Shown: positions 26,981-36,270 of the stretch, in pieces
How the letters are laid out: every line of letters starts with the position of its first letter
Position numbering within the stretch: position 1 is the first letter of the stretch
DNA from: Cyanobacteriota bacterium
Lineage (GTDB): Bacteria > Cyanobacteriota > Cyanobacteriia > Thermostichales > Thermostichaceae
Direction of reading: 5' to 3'
Length of the DNA stretch: 42,325 bases
NCBI GenBank assembly: GCA_033764955.1
Contig: JANRIL010000037.1
Coordinates: 1 to 42,325 of the forward strand
The notes under the pieces: generated by a model
Databases searched by the model: none
What the model saw: the letters and a program-made list of their open reading frames with translations, nothing else
Told to the model about the DNA's origin: nothing
Made by a program: the position numbers and the translations under genes

Positions 26981-27583
26981 ATGCTTGGTCGTCGTGTTGC
27001 CATCTTGGGGGGAACCTTTAACCCTGTGCATCTGGGGCATTTGGTGATGGCGGAGCAATCCCTGCACCAGTTTGATCTGGATCAGGTGCTTTGGATCCCG
27101 GCCGGGGATCCTCCCCACAAACCCCTGGCTGCCGGGGCAACTTCTCAGGATCGTTGGCAGATGCTTCAGTTGGCGATTGCCGATCATCCCCGATTTGTCT
27201 GCTCTGATCTGGAGATGCAGCGCCAAGGCCCTTCCTATGCTGTTGATACCCTCCGCCACCTGCACCGTCAATATCCCGATACCCTTTGGTTTTGGATTAT
27301 TGGTGTGGATGCCCTCAAGGACTTGCCTCATTGGCATCAAGCCCCCGATTTGATTAAGCTCTGCCATTGGATTGTGGCTCCCCGTGTCGATAACCAGACC
27401 GCCCAGCAGGTGATTGAGACGATTCAAGAGCGGCTACCCATTCAGGCTGAACTCCTGCAAGCCCCCTACATCGAGATTTCTTCTACCTTTTTGCGGGAAC
27501 AAATCCACCAGCAGGGATCCATCCGCTATCTGGTTCCACCCGCGGTTGCCGATTACATTCAGCAGCAAAACCTGTACCGTTAG
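26981..27583 (+). CDS. nadD: Nicotinate-nucleotide adenylyltransferase
   Basis: ILGGTFNPVHLGH, PPHK, PSYAVDT, WIIGVD, ISSTFLR, VADYIQQQNLY. Confidence 0.95.
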   Translation: MLGRRVAILGGTFNPVHLGHLVMAEQSLHQFDLDQVLWIPAGDPPHKPLAAGATSQDRWQMLQLAIADHPRFVCSDLEMQRQGPSYAVDTLRHLHRQYPDTLWFWIIGVDALKDLPHWHQAPDLIKLCHWIVAPRVDNQTAQQVIETIQERLPIQAELLQAPYIEISSTFLREQIHQQGSIRYLVPPAVADYIQQQNLYR

Positions 27584-27663
27584 AGGTTTCCTACCTTTTC
27601 CGAATACTTGCGAATCTTTCTGAAATTGTCTGAGTTTTTCTGAGTTCTCAAGGCCAACCCGCT

Positions 27664-29181
27664 CTAGCTGATTTGTTTCGCTACCATGCGCCGTGCCAGT
27701 TGACTTAAAAAGGGCAAGGGGCGGTTTTCGTGGAGGTGTTCCTTGACCCGTTGCAACATATCCTCTTCCTGCCAAGGGATCCCAGCCCCCAGCCATTCCA
27801 GATAACTCAGTCCGGCAACACGGGTCAGGTAGGCGGCACTGGCGGCTTGTAAAGGGATCCCCATTAGTGCCAGAGGGCTAGCCTTGAGGGCTGAACCCAC
27901 AGTTTGGGTAGCCAGTTCCACCCCCCCTAGCTTTAGCAACAAATCCGCTAGGGATTGAGCCGCCTGCTGAGCGCGCTTGAGGGTGATGCGCCGATCAAAG
28001 AGGGCGTGCAATTCGCCGATCATGCGAGCATTGATGGCAATCGCGGCTAAGACATCCAAGGCGGGCAAGGGAGTGACCACCACAGCAGCAGCCGTCGCCC
28101 ACTGCATCCGTTCGACAATCTGTTTGCCTTGGCTATGCCGTTCCTGTTGCAGAGCTTCCTGGGCGGCGGCGGTCAGGGTTTGGGTTTTGAGCAGGGCATT
28201 GGCCAGTCGGAGATGGGATCCCTGTTGGTGAAGGATATGAGCAATCGTGGTGACGAGGGAGTGGGTATCGGGGGGTTCCGGTTCATAGCTTTCCTGCATC
28301 GATCCATCCGCAAACCAATGACGGACTTTCAGGGGCTGGGGCTGAGCGGCTATCGCCACCACCGAATCGGCGGGGATCACCCCCTGGGTCTGGCGGCGCA
28401 GATGAGCCAAAATCACCTGTACATCCTCCGGCAGCATCAGATCGGTTTTGTTGAGAGCCAGAATCGCCCGTTTGCCCAGCTTGGCGAGAGTCAGCAATTC
28501 CTCATATTCAGAAGCCAGCAGATCCCCCGCCACGACAAAAATTAACAAGTCTGCCGCCGCCGCCAGAGTCTTGGCTTCGCTTTCCCCCGTCTGCCCAATC
28601 GTTTGTAGTCCGGGGGTATCGGTGAGCAAAATCGAGCCATGCACCCCCTGTAAGCTGTAGGTATGCACGGATCCCTCTTGTGTCGTCCCCATCGTGGGTG
28701 CGGTTTCTCCCACCCATCCACCCAAAAGGGCATTGATCAGAGAGGTCTTACCCGCCGAACTCAAGCCGAACACCACCACATGAAACACGGCCTCCTGAAG
28801 CGTGGAGGTAATAGCTTGGGCGCGAGCTTGCAGAGCACGCCGTTCAATGTCATTCTTCACTTGCTCAATCAGGCTATCGGTTTCTGAGAGGGCACTTCTG
28901 ACCTGCTGGGGGGTCAGCTTGACGGGTTTGAGCGGTTTGGCTGCTGACCGTGAGGAGGAGAGGGAGGTCGGTGAGGGATCCCGGCGTAGCCACACTCCAC
29001 CCACGATCAGCGCACCCAAGGTACAACTGACGATTAGCAAGACGGATAGATTGGCCAAACCCGCTGAATAAAGCGCCAACGAGTTATGGATACCCGCGAC
29101 CCATTGCAGGTATTGGCTGAACACCACCAAACCTACTCCCGTCACCAGCCACAACCCAAGTGGACGAGGCAAGTTGCCCAT
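27664..29181 (-). CDS. Membrane-anchored GTP-binding protein with DUF697 (YcjF-like) domain
   Basis: Two N-terminal TMs; G1 GLSSAGKTS, G3 DTPG, G4 NKTD; C-terminal TPLPALDVLAAIAINARM and AAYLTRVAG. Confidence 0.85.
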   Translation of the reverse strand: MGNLPRPLGLWLVTGVGLVVFSQYLQWVAGIHNSLALYSAGLANLSVLLIVSCTLGALIVGGVWLRRDPSPTSLSSSRSAAKPLKPVKLTPQQVRSALSETDSLIEQVKNDIERRALQARAQAITSTLQEAVFHVVVFGLSSAGKTSLINALLGGWVGETAPTMGTTQEGSVHTYSLQGVHGSILLTDTPGLQTIGQTGESEAKTLAAAADLLIFVVAGDLLASEYEELLTLAKLGKRAILALNKTDLMLPEDVQVILAHLRRQTQGVIPADSVVAIAAQPQPLKVRHWFADGSMQESYEPEPPDTHSLVTTIAHILHQQGSHLRLANALLKTQTLTAAAQEALQQERHSQGKQIVERMQWATAAAVVVTPLPALDVLAAIAINARMIGELHALFDRRITLKRAQQAAQSLADLLLKLGGVELATQTVGSALKASPLALMGIPLQAASAAYLTRVAGLSYLEWLGAGIPWQEEDMLQRVKEHLHENRPLPFLSQLARRMVAKQIS

Positions 29182-29503
29182 AGAAATCCATGAAAAATAA
29201 GGCTTCGCTTGTCTCTCAGGATAGTAGAAAGCCAGCCCTCTCAGGCTACTTTCCTGCGCTTCTTAGCAAAAGCCAAAATTTTTCTGTGGCAAGCTATCGG
29301 CTGCTGCTCTACCCGTTGCTGATGGAATGTGCCAACCGTAGAGCCATGGAGTTAACCTTTGAAGCCTAAATCAAGACTCACTCTTGATTATGTAGAAAAT
29401 TATTCAGGAGCCTGACCAACCTAAACCTGGCAAACTTAAAACAGTGATGAAACATTGGCAATCTTCAGATAGAAGACCAACGGCTTTAGCTTTATATCGG
29501 CTG

Positions 29504-29686
29504 TCAACCGTGGCGGAATTGAGAAGAAGCACTCTTATCCAACAGATCAAGCTGAACCACCAACCACCACAGGGTTACATCAGAATAGGTGGCACGACTC
29601 TTGAGGCGAGAAATCGTTTGGTTAGGGGATTCCGGGTTGATCATCCATTCTTGAGCAATCGCTAACCGACGAGTATGTGCTTTCAT
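29504..29686 (-). CDS. Possible 60-aa small protein
   Basis: Perfect AGGAGG 5 nt upstream of the ATG, inside an otherwise empty ~760-bp intergenic gap; no recognisable homology. Confidence 0.4.
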   Translation of the reverse strand: MKAHTRRLAIAQEWMINPESPNQTISRLKSRATYSDVTLWWLVVQLDLLDKSASSQFRHG

Positions 29687-29940
29687 AACAGCCTCCTGTC
29701 CAATGCTTCTTTTTTCAGCATGGCTAATTTCTAGGGAGTTGCGTGAAAATATATGTTACATGTCTACCGTTAATTTCACTAAAATTCTTTGCGATTTTGA
29801 TGGGGGATCCCGCAAGACTCTGAAAACTTATCTTTTTTGACCTTAATATACCCATATCCATGAACTATCTATGAACATCTATACACAAATATCTTTACAA
29901 GTCTTAAAATAGGAAGGATCCCTCGTGAGCGTTTTGTCCT

Positions 29941-30582
29941 ATGGTGCTGGTGAATGAGCAGCGCAGCAAATTGGATCCCACCGATGATTTGCTGTTTTAT
30001 AACTATCCCCGTTTTGTTACCCATGTCGATGATTTATTCATTCAACGGTTAACACAACTTTATCGAGAGCGTCTACGGCCAGAGTCGCGCCTTTTAGACT
30101 TGATGAGCAGTTGGGTCTCTCACCTGCCTGAAGAGGTTACTTTTACCCATGTGGAAGGTCATGGCATGAATGAAGAGGAGTTAGCGGCAAACCCCCGCCT
30201 CGATCATTATTTCATTCAAAACCTCAACCAAAACCCCCGCCTGCCGTTGCCGGATCAATCTTTTGACGCGGTTCTAAATACCGTTTCGGTGCAGTATTTG
30301 CAATATCCCGAAGAGGTGTTTGCTGAGATTTATCGACTTCTCAAGCCGGGGGGAATCGCCATTGTCAGCTTCTCGAACCGCATGTTTTATCAAAAAGCTA
30401 TTCAAGCATGGCGAGATACTTCTGATGACAGCCGTATTCAACTGGTCAAACAATATTTCGCTTCTGTCAAGGGATTTCATCCGGCGGAGGTGATTCGCCA
30501 TACCCAAGAATCTGGCTTGCTAGGCTTTTTAGGGATTGGCGTCTCGGATCCTTTTTATGCCGTCATTAGTCAGCGAGATTAA
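29941..30582 (+). CDS. Class I SAM-dependent methyltransferase (type 11)
   Basis: FYNYPRFVTHVDD, LDLMSSWVSHLP, SFDAVLNTVSVQYL, LKPGG, SFSNR. Confidence 0.9.
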   Translation: MVLVNEQRSKLDPTDDLLFYNYPRFVTHVDDLFIQRLTQLYRERLRPESRLLDLMSSWVSHLPEEVTFTHVEGHGMNEEELAANPRLDHYFIQNLNQNPRLPLPDQSFDAVLNTVSVQYLQYPEEVFAEIYRLLKPGGIAIVSFSNRMFYQKAIQAWRDTSDDSRIQLVKQYFASVKGFHPAEVIRHTQESGLLGFLGIGVSDPFYAVISQRD

Positions 30583-30595
30583 GCTCTCAACCTCC

Positions 30596-31630
30596 TCAAA
30601 TACCCTCAAAAAACTGATCGATCCAGGGATCCTCAGGGGGCAGATTCGTAGGGGATCCCTGCCTTTGTGGAGAGTCGGTTGATAAGTCTGTAGGCAGGTT
30701 CTCACGGATGGGGGAAAGGGATCCCTCTATGGATTGCTCAGATAAATCTGGAGAATTTTCATCCTCCGCATCGATAGCCAGAACATTGGGATCCCGTTTG
30801 CGTTTGCCAACTTTATCTCGTGCTGAGCGCCACCAGGATCCCATATCTAAAGTCTTTTGGTGATCTCTGAACTTAAAACCATAGATATCTTCTCCATAAA
30901 GATAGCGAAAACCCGCTTTCCCTCTCCCACCAAATTGAGCACGCTCTTGTCCAAAATATTGACTAGTCTTTTGAGCTTGCTCCAGCTCCTGAGGATCTTT
31001 CAACTCCTCAACTTGAAAAGGATCGAGAAAATAGCGTGGATAGGGCAAAATACAACCAATAGGGGTTCCCTTTTTAATGTAAATATCTCTTTCGGGAGCT
31101 GTAATTTTAATATTAAAGGTGAAGTCTCTTCGCAGATTATCAGTTTCTACTACACCACTCATCCAAGAAAAGCCATCCACAGGGAAGTTAGGTGGCTCTT
31201 TTACCATCAGATTTATATTTTTAGGAGTGCGAAACATATAGGTGGTTTGGATGGTAAGAATCCCAGAACCAAAATGTGACTCTAATAGCATATAATTCGG
31301 ATCGGGGATTGCTTCTAAAACATGAATGCTAACTCCATCAATATCTTCACTTCCTGACCAGCGGACAATAAAGTCATAACAGGATTTAATAACAAAGCCA
31401 TGTTGATTGCCAAAAACAAGGGGTAGGCAGAAGTAAAAATAGGGTGTGAACCAATCTCTTCTGGATCCGAGCTTCTCAACGTTAGTAGGATTTGCATAAT
31501 AGTTATCATAGGGAATCAAATAAATTGTATTTTCGGGAACAACCAGTGTGTCTGGTATCGTTTCGGGCGGAACAAACTGCTGCTCAATTCGAGCAGAGCT
31601 AAAGGAAGAGGAAGAGATCTCTTCAGTCAT
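30596..31630 (-). CDS. DUF6065-like protein
   Basis: CLPLVFGNQHGF, SHFGSGILT, FRTP, PPN, GVVETD, FTFN pattern as recalled for DUF6065; low-complexity C-terminal tail. Confidence 0.7.
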   Translation of the reverse strand: MTEEISSSSFSSARIEQQFVPPETIPDTLVVPENTIYLIPYDNYYANPTNVEKLGSRRDWFTPYFYFCLPLVFGNQHGFVIKSCYDFIVRWSGSEDIDGVSIHVLEAIPDPNYMLLESHFGSGILTIQTTYMFRTPKNINLMVKEPPNFPVDGFSWMSGVVETDNLRRDFTFNIKITAPERDIYIKKGTPIGCILPYPRYFLDPFQVEELKDPQELEQAQKTSQYFGQERAQFGGRGKAGFRYLYGEDIYGFKFRDHQKTLDMGSWWRSARDKVGKRKRDPNVLAIDAEDENSPDLSEQSIEGSLSPIRENLPTDLSTDSPQRQGSPTNLPPEDPWIDQFFEGI

Positions 31631-32004
31631 GTTGAGTGCTCCATCACAGAACAGGTCATTTCAAAATTAGGTGTAAGAGGACATCAATAGGATGATGTTA
31701 ATCGCTGAAATCCTGTTTGCGTAAGCAGTGGGTAAGACTATTCTACCGTTGGGATCCCCATGATTGAGGGAAAGGGGATCCACTTTGGTTATAGCTTTCA
31801 GAAGGCATTGAATTCATGCTCTTGCCAGTGGGTTGGGCTAAGCCATTACGAATCCAAAGTTATCTAAGCTTGAGCTACCTTCCTTCCCGGTTATGGAGCA
31901 GAAGTAAGGGATCCCCACCGGATCGAGGCTGGCTGATGACTCTAGCGGCTGATGCTCAGAACCGTTATGCTGACTGGCAGTTGCTACTCCTTCTCGCCCT
32001 TGTC

Positions 32005-32655
32005 ATGTCCAATTCATGGTCTCGCTTTAGCATTCGTTTGTCCGAGGATCTCAAACAGGCGTTGATAGCTCGTGCTGAGCAAACAGGGGTGAGTCTGAAT
32101 CGCCTGATTACAGATGTTTTGGCCGACTATCTAACCCAACCTCCATTGGAACCCACTCCCCCCATTTGGCACGATCTGCTGCGACGGGTTGAACAACTGG
32201 AGGCTCATTGGCAAAGTGGACTGAAGCAAGGGATCCTGCCCCCTGAAATCCCATCCGCCGCCCCTAGCGATCCTTCCCCCAGCTACAGGGATCCCCATCT
32301 TTGGGATCCGGTGGAAACCAGTTTTGAAGACTGGCTCTGGCGAACCTGGCATGAATTAGCCTCTCCGGATCCCCCTAGTGAGGGCGCTCCCCCTCCTTGG
32401 GGAAAACCCATCTCAATTCAGGAGATTCACCGCTTGGGGTTTCACACTATGCGCCCGCAACGCTTTTTGGATCGGCTAGTGGAGGTGGAGCCAGAGTTGG
32501 CGGGTTTACAGCTAATGGTGGGAGAATCGGCCAACTTGGGTCTTGGAGATTGTCAGCCGCAGTTTCTCAGTTTTTGGGAAGGGATCCCTATGCTAGTGAT
32601 CCCAGAGTCACCGGAATCGGTCAAGCCGATCCTGACGGTGCTGGACTGTCCGTAG
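32005..32655 (+). CDS. Ribbon-helix-helix (Arc/HicB-C-like) DNA-binding protein with Pro-rich linker and unknown C-terminal domain
   Basis: RFSIRLSEDLKQALIARAEQTGVSLNRLITDVL at the likely start ATG 32005; the ORF track starts at 31816. Confidence 0.7.
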   Translation: MSNSWSRFSIRLSEDLKQALIARAEQTGVSLNRLITDVLADYLTQPPLEPTPPIWHDLLRRVEQLEAHWQSGLKQGILPPEIPSAAPSDPSPSYRDPHLWDPVETSFEDWLWRTWHELASPDPPSEGAPPPWGKPISIQEIHRLGFHTMRPQRFLDRLVEVEPELAGLQLMVGESANLGLGDCQPQFLSFWEGIPMLVIPESPESVKPILTVLDCP

Positions 32656-33088
32656 CGGCTGGGGCTGCCGATCAATCTTTGACCACCGCCTCCTGTCGGT
32701 ATTAGGGATCCTCAAACAAGACCAATAGTGTGTCTTAAAACTGCAACCACAATCCATAGTGCTTCACTCGCAAATCTGGCACTTATGCAAAAAGATTTGT
32801 CACAAATCTCCTCAATAGATGGGCTAATCTTTCTCATCAATGCCTCATTTCCTGAGCTTGTGATAAAGTCGAAAGATAGCACTGAGTTAATAAAAACACC
32901 TGGTTTTCCTCTCCAAATCGGCTATCCTTAGAGATTTCAAATTCTTTTATGTCTATAGTTAACTAATTTTTTGGGATATGTCTTCACTCCAGATGTCAAC
33001 ACTAATGGATCCCTCATAACTCAGCCATAATGACTCCTTTTTTGAACTTGTCTTCGTCATTTTTGAACCTTCCCTATCCACTGAATCT

Positions 33089-33559
33089 ATGACCCAGCTT
33101 CCTCAACCCTCCTCTCCTCTGGCTCCCTGCATTGTGGATGTGGGGACGATCATTCAGAAACGGGATATGCTGCGTCTGCTTGCGGATTTGGGACGAGTTT
33201 ATTATGTTGATCTTTTGGATGGACAAGTGAATCGGCAGGGAGAAGGCTATGTGATGGAAGTTTATCGGGATCCCGATGCGGCCACCATGATCGTCAATCG
33301 CAGTCTTTATGTGAATGTTAACAGTTTTGATTATTTGATGATAGATATTCTAAATAATCAAGATAGCCAAGACTATCCAGAGGCTTGTTCCGTATTCGAT
33401 TTAGTCCAAGAGAATCGGATCCTGCGCTTAATTCCCTTATCGGATCCCCTCTCGGATCCCGCGCAAATGTTAGAAGATACCCATGCTCTCAAGGCGGCTA
33501 TGGTGGATGCTCTAGCGGATCACGGTCGAATTTCTGCGGAAGAAGAGTGGCCAGATTAA
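33089..33559 (+). CDS. Conserved cyanobacterial hypothetical protein
   Basis: APCIVD.G.I..KRDMLRLLADLGRV, GEGYVMEV, LYVNVNSFDYL, ILRLIPL pattern recalled from cyanobacterial proteins. Confidence 0.75.
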   Translation: MTQLPQPSSPLAPCIVDVGTIIQKRDMLRLLADLGRVYYVDLLDGQVNRQGEGYVMEVYRDPDAATMIVNRSLYVNVNSFDYLMIDILNNQDSQDYPEACSVFDLVQENRILRLIPLSDPLSDPAQMLEDTHALKAAMVDALADHGRISAEEEWPD

Positions 33560-33649
33560 GCCTCAATCTTTGGCTATTGCTCCCCTAGAGCAACCAAATG
33601 GATTGATAATAACAACACACCCCATGCAAGCAAAGTGACCCGAATAACT

Positions 33650-35020
33650 ATGAGCCAAGCGTATGATTTGATCATCATCGGAGCCGGAGTGGGTGGACAT
33701 GGAGCCGCCCTTCATGCGGTGGCGTGTGGCTTAAAAACCGCCATTGTGGAAGTAGCTGAGATGGGCGGCACCTGCATCAATCGGGGATGTATTCCCTCCA
33801 AGGCACTCTTAGCGGCTACAGGGCGTTTGCGGGATTTGCAGCACTCCGAAACTCTGGGCATTCAGGTTGGGCAGATTGGCTTTGATCGTGCCAAAATCGC
33901 TACCCATGCCGCTAATGTTGTTAGCAAGATTCGAGGGGATATGACCAAATCCCTAGAAAAACTAGGGGTGGATATTCTGCGGGGACGAGCCAGACTGACG
34001 GCTCCCCAGACCGTGGTGGTGGATCAGCCAGAGGGATCCCAGACCTACCAAGCTAAGGATGTCCTGATTGCCACCGGATCGGTGCCCTTTGTTCCCCCCG
34101 GCATCACCCTGGATGGCCAGACGGTGTTTACGAGTGATCAGGCCACCCGCTTAGAAAGCCTACCCAGCAGGTTGGCGATTATTGGCAGTGGCTACATTGG
34201 CCTAGAATTTGCCGATGTCTACACGGCTTTGGGCTGTCAGGTGATCATGATCGAAGCCCTCAAAACCCTCATGCCTGCTTTTGATCCCGATATTGCTCGA
34301 CTCGCCCAGCGTATCTTGCTCAAATCCCGCTCCATCGAAACCCTGGTGGGGGTGTTGGCGCAAAAAATTACCCCAGGGGATCCCGTCACGATTCAGCTAT
34401 CCAACGGCACAACCCTGGAGGTGGATGGCTGTTTGGTTGCCACGGGGCGGATCCCGGTTACTGATGGCTTAGGTCTAGCGGAGTTGGGCATTGATACGGG
34501 CAAACGAAAATTCATTCCGGTAGATAGTCGCATGGCTACCGATCTGCCCCATCTCTGGGCAATTGGCGATGCCACCGGCAAAATGATGTTGGCACATACG
34601 GCTTCTGCTCAGGGGGTGGTTGCCGTTGAAAATATCTGCGGTCGCCCCACCCACATCGATTACCGCAGCATTCCGGCGGCGGTCTTTACCCATCCTGAGA
34701 TGGGGTTTGTCGGATTAACCGAGCCACAGGCCAAAGAAGAGGGTTATGACGTAGCCACCGTTCGCACCTATTTTGGGGGCAACTCGAAGGCGATTGCGGC
34801 GGATGAAACCGATGGCATGGTCAAGCTCGTGTTCGATAAAACCTCCGGCGAGTTGCTGGGCGCGCATATTCTGGGATCCCATGCGGCAGATCTGATCCAC
34901 GAAGCCGCCCAAGGAATTTCCCGCCGCGCCACTGTCACGGAGTTAGCCACCTTGGTGCATGTCCATCCGACTCTGGCAGAAACCCTCGACGAAGCCTATA
35001 AACGTGCTGCCCATGCTTAA
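33650..35020 (+). CDS. lpdA: Dihydrolipoyl dehydrogenase
   Basis: GAGVGG, redox disulfide GGTCINRGCIPSK, GSGYIGLE, AIGD, HVHPTLAE. Confidence 0.96.
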   Translation: MSQAYDLIIIGAGVGGHGAALHAVACGLKTAIVEVAEMGGTCINRGCIPSKALLAATGRLRDLQHSETLGIQVGQIGFDRAKIATHAANVVSKIRGDMTKSLEKLGVDILRGRARLTAPQTVVVDQPEGSQTYQAKDVLIATGSVPFVPPGITLDGQTVFTSDQATRLESLPSRLAIIGSGYIGLEFADVYTALGCQVIMIEALKTLMPAFDPDIARLAQRILLKSRSIETLVGVLAQKITPGDPVTIQLSNGTTLEVDGCLVATGRIPVTDGLGLAELGIDTGKRKFIPVDSRMATDLPHLWAIGDATGKMMLAHTASAQGVVAVENICGRPTHIDYRSIPAAVFTHPEMGFVGLTEPQAKEEGYDVATVRTYFGGNSKAIAADETDGMVKLVFDKTSGELLGAHILGSHAADLIHEAAQGISRRATVTELATLVHVHPTLAETLDEAYKRAAHA

Positions 35021-35056
35021 TCTATCCCTTTCACTCCTAACTTCACTGGCTCAGGG

Positions 35057-35084
35057 AGGGAGCAGAGGCTAGGGAGCAGAGGCT
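35057..35084. repeat. 14-bp tandem duplication (AGGGAGCAGAGGCT x2) spanning the response regulator stop codon
   Basis: Exact copies at 35057-35070 and 35071-35084; the minus-strand stop is at 35069-35071. Confidence 0.85.
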
Positions 35085-35497
35085 AAGGAGTTGCTGGAGA
35101 TTCCCTCTGGCAAAAGGGCTAAGACCTGATCCACCATGACTTGGTGGTCAACCACAGGTTTAGCAATGTAGCCATCTGCCCCACTCTGGGTCAAAAACGC
35201 TTCCCGATCCCCACGCATGGCATGGGCAGTCACCAAAATGATCGGGATCCCTTGGGTTTGCGGATCCCCTTTCAACAGTTGAGCAATGCGGATCCCGTCT
35301 ACAGCCTCGCCCTTATAGGTGCTTTGGGAGAGTGAGACATCCAGCAGAATGGCATCGATCTGCCCTCCTTGAGATACCGTCAAAATTTCTTCCACATCCT
35401 GGCTATGGATCACATGAAAGCCCCCACGCTTTTTGAGGACTTTCTCAAAAACCCTGGCATTAACGGGATCGTCTTCAACCAACAAAATGGTCGTCAT
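35069..35497 (-). CDS. Single-domain response regulator (DivK-like)
   Basis: ILLVEDD, ILLDVSL, IILVTAHAMRGDRE, ADGYIAKP. Confidence 0.92.
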   Translation of the reverse strand: MTTILLVEDDPVNARVFEKVLKKRGGFHVIHSQDVEEILTVSQGGQIDAILLDVSLSQSTYKGEAVDGIRIAQLLKGDPQTQGIPIILVTAHAMRGDREAFLTQSGADGYIAKPVVDHQVMVDQVLALLPEGISSNSLASAP

Positions 35498-35769
35498 AGC
35501 ATCCTAAAGCTGGGAAATCACGGTAGGTAGGAACGTAGCGAAAGAGGGAACCGCTGGGGGAAAGCGTTATTATCTTAACCTGTTCGCTAAGTTACCTCGT
35601 TATTTTCTGCTGACCTCTGCTCTAAAACAAGCTGTTTTGCCACTTAACCGATGCACCGACTATGCTGATCTTGGCTTGAGGCTGTTTTCAATAACCTCAG
35701 CCAGTTCCCTCAATGCCTGACTTAATGCCTGATCCGTTCGTCGAACCCTTGTCCTGTCGTACCTTTTCC

Positions 35770-36027
35770 ATGAACGATTCTCAACCCACTGACGATCCCG
35801 CCTCATTGGAGACTCTGGGGGATGCCCAGTCCAGCATCTCCGCTACCTCGACTGCTACGGAGCGCCCCCCTTTGGCGGCCAAGTATTATGCCAAGCCGGG
35901 GGATAGCTATGTCAAACTGGCTATGCGAAATATGGTGCGACGGGGCAAAACCTCCTTGACGCACTTTGCCCTCACCACCGTCGGATTGCTGGCTCTCTTG
36001 GTGGGATTGGCCTATGCCTTTCATTAG
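35770..36027 (+). CDS. DUF3285 family small membrane protein
   Basis: SYVKLAMRNMVRRGKTSLTHFALTTVGLLALLVGLAY. Start ambiguous (35713, 35725 or 35770). Confidence 0.85.
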   Translation: MNDSQPTDDPASLETLGDAQSSISATSTATERPPLAAKYYAKPGDSYVKLAMRNMVRRGKTSLTHFALTTVGLLALLVGLAYAFH

Positions 36028-36043
36028 GCTATCCATCAAACCC

Positions 36044-36270
36044 TTGACATACTCATCCACCCAACCTGTCGGCATGGATGGAGATTCTAAATCCTTACGA
36101 CTTTAGCTTCCTGCTTTTCAGATTCTTAACTAGGTTGAAACCTTGTGATGCCAAACCCCCGTCAAGCCATCTCCACAGGCAACTTACCTCTATCCTGTGC
36201 CCCTGGGCGGATATATTCTCAAATCTTTTGACTTCGCATCAGCGACTCTTGCGAGTACGTTTCTGCCCAC
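36044..36270 (-). mobile_element. Non-autonomous IS200/IS605-family remnant: right end plus omegaRNA-like scaffold, no tnpA or tnpB ORF
   Basis: Minus strand reads GCCTGTGGAG...AAGCAGGAAG, a GTAA tetraloop hairpin, then GAAT, a hairpin (CATCCA/TGGATG) and GAGTATGTCAA, the GAAT-hairpin-TCAA layout of ISDra2-type right ends. Left boundary uncertain. Confidence 0.7.

Noticed and set aside
29217..29256. 11-bp imperfect inverted repeat upstream of the DUF697 GTPase
   Set aside because: Large loop and no T tract; function cannot be supported.
32728..32931. 67-aa GTG ORF in an AT-rich gap
   Set aside because: No ribosome-binding site or motif; likely spurious.
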